The notes beneath the pieces were generated by a model. That model did not search any database. It saw only the letters and a list, made by a program, of their open reading frames with translations, and was not told the origin of the DNA. Below are positions 53,677 to 64,000 of a DNA stretch of 64,000 nucleotides, piece by piece. The position numbers were made by a program, and so were the translations under genes. Source of the stretch: Mobula hypostoma (Eukaryota); assembly GCF_963921235.1 (NCBI RefSeq), contig NC_086108.1:45696001-45760000 (forward strand). Direction: 5' to 3'. Position 1 is the first letter of the stretch. The number at the start of each line of letters is the position of its first letter.

Positions 53677-54024
53677 AATGAGAATGGTTAAAAACTGTGC
53701 AGTAAGACTGTTTCAAGACTAGTCTCCAAGATTGCCCTTTCTTTTGCCAAAGACTTTATGAAATAGTTTCAGTAGTTAAGTTTGACATGTTCCAGATGTC
53801 GGGTGGGGAGTGTTCTGTCTTCTAAACGTGCAGGTTGTTTTATTTGAACATCACTTGCTGAGTTGTTTTTTTTTACAATATTTCCTGCGCCGGTTAATTT
53901 GGATTCCAACTTGAAGCACACAGTGTATAAGGACGTCCATCTCCATCCACTCTTTATTTCCCCTTGAAAAGGCAATATCTTTTCACATAATTTTCTCATC
54001 AAAAAACCTGAAAAAAAAAGCTTC

Positions 54025-54123
54025 TGGCTCGGGTGATTTTTGAGAAGGTGCTAACTCCCTGCCTTGTCTTGTATTGGCTCGGGTGATTTTTGAGAAGGTG
54101 CTAACTCCCTGCCTTGTCTTGTA
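54025..54123 (+). repeat. Perfect 50-bp tandem duplication
   Basis: TGGCTCGGGTG...CCTTGTCTTGTA at 54025 and 54075. Confidence 0.95.
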
Positions 54124-55129
54124 CAACCACAATGGAGGACAGTAGATATACCATCCATACAGAACAATACATTGTATGCATTGAGGAAAGGAGCATTTGC
54201 TATCTCTTTGAAACTATTCGTAGGCTGTAATATGGTGAAATGATAAAAGCTGACAAAATGCTCTTGGTTTGGAAGTGTTCCCTGTTTGCTGAGATAGTAC
54301 TTTGATTTACACAAAGTAGTGTACTTAGTAATAAAAAAATCAATGGCAATGATATAGAAAGATTTATATCTGTTTTCATGGTGGAATTAAATCATGCTTA
54401 GTGACACTGTTATTTATATTTGTCAATTTTATTTTTAAATGTCATTCTTGGTTACGGTGAAATACAGATAATTGAACGGGTAATAATAGAACTAACATGA
54501 TTTAATGAGCATTTGGAATTGCTATCAGCAGAAGGATTTGATAAATGAGTAGAAGAATAAATTTGAGGAAGGAGGCAGATAAATCTATTGGGCTGGCAGA
54601 GAACATGACCTTCTAGTAAATGGAGTGATATTTGCTCACTGCAGCAAACAGCTCCAATTAAATGTATTGTGATCAAACACATTGGAGGAAATCGACAATC
54701 TTTATTAACAGTCCTACACTCATAGAGCATGGAAACAAGTCCTTTGGCTGACCATTAAGCACCCATTTACACTAATCCTACAGGAATCCTTTTTATTGCT
54801 TTAACAGCCCTGGGCTAGCTAGTGGGAGGGCAATTGGACCTTCTGATTTCAGGGCAATGGTCTTTTGTAACATTGGGAAGAAAGATGTGATGGACCAGAA
54901 AGCCTGCCTATTTGCTAACTAGGTTTATTACTACCACATGTACTGAAATACAGTGAAAAACTTTGTTTTGCGTGTCATCCATACAGATTGTTGCATTACA
55001 TCAGTACGTCACAGTAATGCAGTGGAAAACAACGGAATGCAAAATAAATTGCTGCAGTTATGGAGGAAGTACAGTGCAGGTAGAAAATATGGGCTAGATT
55101 CTGAGATCAAGTCCATCTTGATCTCAAGA

Positions 55130-55783
55130 AGGAGGGAGGAGAATATGGCGGCGCGACGCAGTGCGCGTGGCCGTTCGAATGATATCATATGTGTTAACTA
55201 GGATACCGTGCACAATCCTGATTTGATGGAGACAGACGTGAAGAAGCACGGAGGAACATCTGGAGAAACTTCTGAAATGCCTGCTTCGCTGCCGCTGCTA
55301 CTGTGCGATCGAGAATCTCCGGAGGGAAGGTTCCAAATCCTCGGCCTTGCCTATTGCCTGTTGTTGGGGCCGGGGTTGAAGCGCTCGGCAGAGATGGTGC
55401 TCGGTGCGCGGTGTCGGAGAGCTAGTCAGAGGCTCGGAGTTTTCAGACGGACTCGGAGTCAGACTGTGGTCGGATGCTTCCAGGATGCTGCATCGGCATT
55501 TTGCGGCGCTAGAGGTTCACCGTCTGCGTGAGATGATGGGACTTTCGAGAGACTCTGAGACTTTTACCGTGCCCATGGTCTGTTCTTATCAAATTACGGT
55601 ATTGCTTTGCACTGTTGTAACTATATGTTATAATTATGTGGTTTTTGTCAGTTTTTCAGTCTTGGTTTGTCATGTGTTTTCTGTAATATCATTCTGGAAA
55701 AACATTGTATCATTTCTTAATGCATGCATTACTAAATGACAATAAAAGAGGACTGCGAGTCCTCATAATCTAATCTAATCTAA
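55130..55783 (+). mobile_element. Non-autonomous retroposon with a CpG-rich 5' end and (TCTAA)n tail
   Basis: Begins ...ATGGCGGCGCGACG; AATAAA is followed by (ATCTA)n. Confidence 0.55.
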
Positions 55784-55829
55784 TAATCTAATTTTATTGT
55801 ACAATTACTGTACTGTACCAGGGCTCAAC

Positions 55830-57915
55830 AGATTACTCACAGTGCCATGTGTTAGCGAAGTGAGATGTAGGATAGGCTAGATGAATTTGTGGCTAAGGAG
55901 AGATTGCTGGGAGCAGAGAATCAGTTTCTTGGATCATTGGAACCTCTTCTGGGAATGAGATGGCCTCTACAAGTGGGACAAATTGCACTTGAACTGGAGA
56001 GGGAGTAATATCCTTGCAGGAAATTTGCTGGTGTTGCAAGGGAGTGTTTAAACTAGATTGGTAGTGGGTTGAGAGTCAGAGCAGGAGCAAGTCAAGGGAT
56101 AAACTAATACCCTTTGAGAGCAAGTCAGGGTCACAGTGAAAACAGGGAAAGAAATAGTCATTTATTTCAGTGCTCAGGGTTTAACTCAGACCATGGAATG
56201 GCTTTGAGGGCTGGGATGTTATAGCCATAACAGAAGCATAGCTGAGATAAGGCAAGTCTGGCAGTTCAATATTCCAGGATTGAGATGCTACAGTAATGGC
56301 GGAGGCACAGGCAAGCGAGGAGGTGGTGTAGCATTTCAGATAAAGGAGGATGTATCAGCAGAACTTGGAGATGACATTCTTGGGGATTGTTCAGTGAAGT
56401 CATATGGGTAGAACTTAGAAATAAGAAGGAGAGGGTCACTCTAGTGGGGCTGAATTATAGACTCTCAAATAGTCAATGGGAACTAGAGGAGCAGGTATGT
56501 AGAGAAATTGCTCTTAGTTGTAAAAAAAAAGAGGGTTATATTAGTGGGGGATTTTAATTGCCCCAGTATCATCTGGGCCATTAAAAGTGTTAAGAGTCTG
56601 GATGAGTGGAATTTGTGAAATGTTTACAGGAGGTTGCAATACTGGACCTCTGCTTGGGGAACAGGGCAGGGAAAATAAATAAAGTGGTAGTCAAAGAGCA
56701 CTGTAGGACAAGATCTACCAGATTTGGATTGATTGAGTCTGATTTGGAGGAGTCAGCTTTATTTGTGGGAAGTCATTCTTGATGAATATCTTTGAGTTTT
56801 TGAAGAAGTAACCAGAGACGCAGATGAGGGATAGGGTAGTGGTTGCTGTTTATCTGGACTTTAATGAGGCCTTCAACAAAGACCCACATTGGTAAGCTGG
56901 TCTGGAGGGTTAGGTCCATGGAATTCAGAGAGAGACAGTTAAGTGGATACAGAATGAGCTTCGTAGTGGGAAGCGGAGGGTGGTGGTTGAAGATTGTTTC
57001 TCAGAATGGAGGCCTGTGACTTGGGATGTGCCACAAACGTTGGCGTTAGGACCCTTATTATTAATTATTTATATAAATGAATTGGTTGCAGACGGACAAG
57101 GCTTGATCGGTAAGTTTGTGAATGACACAAAATTGGGAGGTGTCGTTGATAGTAAGAAAGTTCTTGCAGTTTGCAAGGGGATCTTGGTCATGTGGGGAAA
57201 TAGACTGAGGAGCAGCAATTTGGTGTGAGGTGATGCATTTTGGAAAAGTCAGAGCCGCGTAGGACACAGGTAGAGCACTAGGGAGTAAAAGTGCATAGAA
57301 AGCAGTGTCACAAGTAGCCAGAGTGGTGAAAATGGTACTTGGCACACTGCCCTGCGTCAGTCAGAGTGTTGAGTATAGGAGTTGGTACATTATGTTGTAG
57401 TTGTATAAGTCATTGGTGAGGCTACGCGTGGAATAGTGTGTACAGTTTTGGTCACTATGTTGTAGGAAAGACATGGCTAAACTAAATAGTGCAGAAAAGA
57501 TTTGGGAGAATGTTGCCAGGACTAGAGAATCTGAATTATAGGAAGAGGTTGGCCAGACTAGGCCTTTATTCCATTGAAGGTAGGAGAATAAGGGTGACCT
57601 TATAGAAATGTTTAAAATTTTATAGTGGCAGTTTCCCCAAGGTAAGGGAGTCCAGACTTAGGGAACATAGATTTAAGGTGAGAGGGGGAAGAGTTAAAAG
57701 GGACCTGAGGGGCAACTTTTTCAGGCAGGAGGTGATGAGTATATGGAATGAGCTGCCAGAAGTGGTTGAGGCAGGTACAGTAAGATCATTTAAGAAGCAC
57801 TTGGACAGGTACATGAAGGGGTGTGGCTTAGTAGGGTGTTACTGGATGGGCACTGTTGTCAGCACGGATTTGTTAGGCTGAAGGGTCTGTATCTGCACTA
57901 AGTTGCTTTATGATT
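55830..57915 (+). mobile_element. Degraded, internally deleted CR1
   Basis: ORF1 esterase-like remnant (DGLYKWDKLHLNW), APE remnant (GDFN), RT remnants and the FFRQEVMSIWNELP end. Confidence 0.8.
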
Positions 57916-58924
57916 CGATAACTCCATGTCTAGGGCTGATGTAATGTAATTGTAAAGTCCCCTTTGCAGCTATCTAAGTTAGCAGTTTGTCAATTCCTTT
58001 CTGCACCTTCTTTCAGAGAACAAACCTTGGCAATTTTACTCTGGTTTTGTTTTCTCTACAATGTCTCATTCTTGCAGTTCATATGTTAATTTCTCAATTA
58101 AAGTAATTATGTATATTTATCTAATGGCAAAGACAAATGGCAATTTTAAATAAGACAAATTTCAGTCCCCATTGAATTATAACATCCATTTAATCAAATT
58201 TCTGTGGGTGGAATGGGTATGCAAGAACTATTGTGGGTAATGTAACTAACCTCGTAAACCTCACAAGGCATAGATTACAACACAATTTTAAAGCTTTGGG
58301 ATCCCAATCTGTCTGATCTTTAGCAGGCAAATTTGCTCCATACAGAATCGCCTGTGAAGTTGGCAGCTTTCTGGGCGGTAATGTAGGCATAAAGTTGTGT
58401 GGTCCAAAACCTCAGATGAAAGCATCTTACATATCCACCACTGACCACAGATATCTGACTGGAAACATTGACATTAACTCTCCCTAGAGTGTAATACACC
58501 CTTATCATTTCAGATTCTCCATTAATCAGAAACTACTTTCCATAATGAAAAGAGAATTAGGATTGACTGTATTTGATTATGAATGGCTGGCCAGAAATAT
58601 TCAAATTTCAAGCTATGTACCAAACTGATTTTTAAAACAATAGTGACCTTTTCTCATTTAATGCTATTAATTTTCAAGGACTTACAAGAATTTAATCATC
58701 AGCTCAGCAAGTTTCTGAACTCCAACTCGTAATTCTAATATTATCTTCCTGATTAATACAGGGCTTGGCAGGAAATGTCAGTTCAGAACAAAGCAAATCC
58801 TAACTGTGGATTCTAGCTCAAATTGCGCATGAGAACTGAATCTAATCATACAGCATGACTTTTAGGACACCAGTTCTAAACCAATCTAATGAGTAGTTAT
58901 GGGGACAGATATTTGTCTTCTGTC

Positions 58925-59720
58925 ACTGGTGTTAAATGTACAAGATTTGGAACATTTGAAAGCAGTGTTCAACATGCATCTGGAACTTGTCTCTGTTGTT
59001 TAACAATGCCCCCTGACAATAAGATTCATGGTGAGATTCTGAAAAACGTGGATTATATCTTGTATGTTGAGAGTTATGTCTTGGTAAAGGCAACCATTAA
59101 TGATGAAATCTACCACTGCCTTCGACGAAATGGAGGGGAAAGGCATTGAAGAGCAAAACCTCAAGTCTGGCATTATACTCATGGCCATTCAAGCAACAAT
59201 GCTTCCTGTCCTCAGCTGAACTATGGAAATTTGAACTACCTGACATTTCAATGTCCTGGAAAACTACCATCAGAGCTCTCTCTGCAAAAGCTTCCAAATG
59301 TACTGGAAGGACGGATCATCCGTGTCCCATCCCAGGCAAACATCTCCAGCATCAAGTTTGCAATCACACTCCTTTGGCTAAGCTGAGCAGGCCATGTTGC
59401 TGACATTCCTGACACTAGAGTGCCAAAATTGACAGTCTATTGTGAGCTAGTCATGGGAAAAAAGTACCATGTGGACCCAGCAAAAAAATTCAAGAACGGT
59501 TCAAATGTTTTTCAAAAATGAGTCTTCCCCACTGCCCCTTGGGACGCTGTGGCCCATGATCACTCTGGTGAAGGGGCACTTGTGGGAAACTGAGACCCCT
59601 GAGGTCATGCATCTGGAACACACAGGAGTCCTGAATAAACAGTTTAAGGAGTATACCACCTCATTAACTATTCACATCCCAGTCCATTACGACTTCAGCC
59701 TCACCTCTGCCATTTTGGCC
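58925..59720 (+). mobile_element. Old RTE-like LINE remnant
   Basis: AGHV-x-DIPDTRVPK...YCEL-like C-terminal remnant. Confidence 0.45.
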
Positions 59721-60329
59721 TCCTCAGAACCCATAAATACAGATCTCAAGCAAGCCATCCTCAATCCCAATAGATTGCCTGAGAAGAGGCTATATTGTGT
59801 ATTTAGTGTTAAGAAACAAGTCTTGTCCAACATTGTCTCTGCATTGGGAGACTGTTTTATTTTTCATTCATTCAACACATACAGTATTAGTACTATTATG
59901 AAGTCCAGTATCTATTGTCCTTTCTAGTTGCCCTTGAGAAGGCAATTTTGAACTTCTGCCTTGAACCATCACAGTATAACAGTCATCATCAATAATAAAA
60001 TAAATGAAATAACTAAAATAACTGGGTCCAGAGCACACACACTCTTACGACTCAAGCTTTCTTTTCATGTTACTTGTTCGCAAAAAGAACAGCATGGGCA
60101 CCTGTCACCCACACTGTTCTGAAGCCTGGACATAAAACTGCTATTTTTATACAGAATTGGCTTATCAGTTGCGGATATTGATCATTGTAAATTGTATATG
60201 TTTGAATTCCTTACTCGCAAGATCAATCACCGTTCACAATAGAGGCATTAAAGTTGATCAAAACTTCAAGTGGACAGCCAACGATATTTTGAAGTTAGTG
60301 AAATAAATAGAGCCTTAGTTGCTGGGTAT

Positions 60330-61970
60330 AGAAACATAGAAACATAGAAAATAGGTGCAGGAGTAGGCCATTCGGCCCTTCGAGCCTGCACCGCCATTTA
60401 TTATGATCATGGCTGATCATCCAACTCAGAACCCCGCCCCAGCCTTCCCTCCATACCCCCTGACCCCTGTAGCCACAAGGGCCATATCTAACTCCCTCTT
60501 AAACATAGCCAATGAACTGGCCTCAACAGTTTGCTGTGGCAGAGAATTCCACAGATTCACCACTCTCTGTGTGAAGAAGTTTTTCCTAATCTCGGTCCTA
60601 AAAGGCTTCCCCTCTATCCTCAAACTGTGACCCCTCGTTCTGGACTTCCCCAACATCGGGAACAATCTTCCTGCATCTAGCCTGTCCAATCCCTTTAGGA
60701 TCTTATACGTTTCAATCAGATCCCCCCTCAATCTTCTAAATTCCAACCAGTACAAGCCCAGTTCATCCAGTCTTTCTTCATATGAAAGTCCTGCCATCCC
60801 AGGAAACAATCTGGTGAACCTTCTTTGTACTCCCTCTATGGCAAAGATGTCTTTCCTCAGATTAGGGGACCAAAACTGCACACAATACTCCAGGTGTGGT
60901 CTCACCAAGGCCTTGTACAACTGCAGTAGTACCTCCCTGCTCCTGTACTCGAATCCTCTCGCTATAAATGCCAGCATACCATTCGCCTTTTTCACCGCCT
61001 GCTGTACCTGCATGCCCACTTTCAATGACTGGTGTATAATGACACCCAGGTCTCGTTGCACCTCCCCTTTTCCTAATCGGCCACCATTCAGATAGTAATC
61101 TGTTTTCCTATTTTTGCCACCAAAGTGGATAACTTCACATTTATCCACATTAAATTGCATCTGCCATGAGTTTGCCCACTCACCCAACCTATCCAAGTCA
61201 CCCTGCATCCTCTTAGCATCCTCCTCACTGCTAACACTGCCGCCCAGCTTCGTGTCATCCGCAAACTTGGAGATGCTGCATTTAATTCCCTCATCCAAGT
61301 CATTAATATATATTGTAAACAACTGGGGTCCCAGCACTGAGCCTTGCGCTACCCCACTAGTCACCGCCTGCCATTCTGAAAAGGTCCCATTTATTCCCAC
61401 TCTTTGCTTCCTGTCTGCTAACCAATTCTCCACCCACACCAATACCTTACCCCCAATACCGTGTGCTTTAAGTTTGCACACTAATCTCCTGTGTGGGACC
61501 TTGTCAAAAGCCTTTTGAAAATCCAAATATACCACATCCACTGGTTCTCCCCTATCCACTCTACTAGTTACATCCTCAAAAAATTCTATGAGATTCGTCA
61601 GACATGATTTTCCTTTCACAAATCCATGCTGACTTTGTCCGATCATTTCTCCGCTTTCCAAATGTGCTGTTATCACATCCTTGATAACTGACTCCAGCAG
61701 TTTCCCCACCACCGACGTTAGGCTAACCGGTCTATAATTCCCCGGTTTCTCTCTCCCTCCTTTTTTAAAAATTGGGGTTACATTAGCCACCCTCCAATCC
61801 TCAGGAACTAGTCCAGAATCTAACGAGTTTTGAAAAATTATCACTAATGCATCCACTATTTCTTGGGCTACTTCCTTAAGCACTCTAGGATGCAGACCAT
61901 CTGGCCCTGGGGATTTATCTGCCTTCAATCCCTTCAATTTACCTAACACCACTTCCCTACTAACATGTAT
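60330..61970 (-). mobile_element. Young 5'-truncated CR1 LINE with an uninterrupted 508-codon RT ORF (60426-61952)
   Basis: Complete RT motifs (NYRPVSLTS, GSVLGP, FADD), no stops, intact 3' UTR and (ATAGAAAC)n tail. Confidence 0.97.
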
Positions 61971-62944
61971 GTGTCACATCCTTCTGTTATCTCATCTCTC
62001 TCTGGCATCCCTATTGTGTAAAGGGACACTATGTTTTAGGAAGACCTTTCCAGAAAAGTCTGGCTACAGAGGCCTCACTCATCTGACTTGAGTACACACT
62101 GCCACAGTCAACCCAGCCTATTTCATCTGCAGAAGGCAGAAGTGTATCTGGTGTTCTCATTTCAAAGGTCTCAGGCTATTCTTGCTTTAACCTCAACTTC
62201 CACACTCCCTCTTCTTTATCCTGTACAAATCTTACGGAATCTCAGTAACACAGAATCTCCGAAACTCTGTGACGGTTTCATCAGGGACAGTTGTCTGTGG
62301 GTATCAGGGATGTACGTGCAACACTCGTGGCTAATAGTGGCACAAGTATCATAGAAAGTCTAGTCTAGTTGATTTTCGGTGGGTGGGGGGGGGAACACAA
62401 GTTCAAGTTTAATTGCTATTCAACCATACATGAATACCCGTGAATGTGGCCAAATGGAACAACGTTACTCTGGGTCCAAGGTGGAAAATACAGTATCTGC
62501 GGTCACACACAGCACAAGGCACATATAGCACATATAAGGTAGCAAGCACGTATAAAATATCAGTAAAATATAGTGACAGACAAAAAGATAGTCCAAGTCC
62601 CTGAGTCCATAAATGTTGCAGCAGTCTACAGTTGAACACAATACAACTTGTATTCTGCCAAGCGCACACTGAGGAGATGCACAGACTCCAGCTTGGACAA
62701 CTCACCACACCACCCCAGGTGGAGCACTCTGACTCTGATGCCTCTCTCAAGGGCGGCTGTAAATAGGCGACACCACAGCCTGAGGCCTGGTCCTCACTAC
62801 AACCGAGTTTGCACAGCTCCCTTTCCTTCTGCCAATAAATCAGTGAATTTGGACCCGACCCGCAGCATTCCACAGTAACAGTGTCCAGCAGGGTCTTGTG
62901 ATCGCAAGAAAAGCAACTGAGATGATTACTCGCTGTTAGACTGC

Positions 62945-64000
62945 ACACTGCAACTGCTCTGATGCCTCTCTGACACAGGTAGCAGCACGATCTGCGCCAA
63001 ATTCAGCTCCTTCAGTTTCTCTGCCAATGAGCAACTCTCTGATGGCGTATCGATGGGCTGATTTGGCCACAGTGCCGATTGGCAGCATTTCGGCAGTAAT
63101 GTCATTGATGGCCTCGCTAGTGTCATTTAGTGCCAAGGCTGTGTTAGTAGCCAGTTTCTCCAGCAGTGCTGAGATCACGTTAATGCTCTCGTGTGCCAGT
63201 CCGGCAGGTTCCCAGAACAAGGACACTACAATCCAGAAATGCGCAGTCTCAGTAGTCCTTGGCTGGCATCTCCTCACAGTGAGATGCAGAGAGAGTGGGT
63301 AGGTGGTTCATCCATGGTACCAAGTAGCCCAGATAACACAAACTCCTGCATGGACTCAGATCAGGCCATGATCCCATTTAAGAAGGCATACTCCTGGCAG
63401 CCAGTAATAGGCCTGTTGGCCACATAGCCAGTAAGTACCGTTAACAGGATTTGGAGGGTCACCAGTAGTATATACTTTGCAAGTATTGCTGCCTATCTAA
63501 TCCCATTCCTTGATGGTTACCAGACCTCACCCCCTTTCCCATGAAGCAGCTATGGAGTTATGCAGTCATTGTAAGTAGGTTGATACTATCTCTCAAAACA
63601 GCTGCACTGGCCAGAGTCACTCCGATGGGCAGTTGTAAGCTCATTATCAAAGTAAACCATGGAATCAACCTCGCTACCATCCGGGGGTATAAACACAATG
63701 GCAATCCACTTTCTAAATGTATAGATGCTCTCTCGAGCACTGCCAACCATCTGACTGGTTATTACATGATGCATATCTATAACTACAGCAAAGGAGAGTG
63801 TGAAGGATATTCATGCAATGAGATACTTTTGCAATTTAGGTGGAGAACAGATGTTCAGATTACCCAACATATTAAATGCATAGTGATTGGCTAATAGTGA
63901 AGATCAAGAGCTCAGTCCATCAGTCGTTATCAACATTGTTCTTCTGGCCTCCTGATTCCTGGTCCGGTGGCACCACTGTCTTAACGTGCGAGGCATGTAT
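62945..64000 (-). mobile_element. Class I (gamma/epsilon-like) endogenous retrovirus: pol C-terminus and decayed env
   Basis: IHASHVK integrase tail with stop at 63920-63922. env motifs across frameshifts: NQSDGWQC, NGTYWLCGQQAYYWLP, CYLGYLVP, heptad LLEKLATNTALALNDT and a CC-like hinge. Confidence 0.8.

Noticed and set aside
60426..61952. Host reverse-transcriptase gene
   Set aside because: It is a 5'-truncated CR1 ORF2 with a LINE tail and no sign of domestication

Overview
This is eukaryotic, vertebrate genomic DNA. The repeat landscape (abundant CR1, Rex1-like, Penelope and V-SINE elements) suggests a cartilaginous fish, probably a ray or shark; that assignment is inference. Two DM-domain transcription factor genes lie head-to-tail on the minus strand. 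The first is a DMRTB1/dmrt6-like gene, with exons reconstructed at 44129-43679, 40151-39877, 33235-33088 and a candidate last exon at 29064-29006 (about 310 aa). About 26 kb downstream is exon 1 of a divergent DMRT3-like gene (2893-2497). This arrangement mirrors the canonical dmrt1-dmrt3-dmrt2 cluster and suggests a retained whole-genome-duplication sister cluster (dmrt6-'dmrt3b'). The rest is mostly transposable elements: CR1, Rex1-like and RTE LINEs, Penelope elements carrying hammerhead ribozymes, tRNA-derived SINEs, hAT and other MITEs, a CR1/Gypsy/solo-LTR nest directly upstream of dmrt6, a BEL/Pao fragment, and a class I endogenous retrovirus pol-env remnant at the right edge. Most short ORFs in the track are TE debris or noise.
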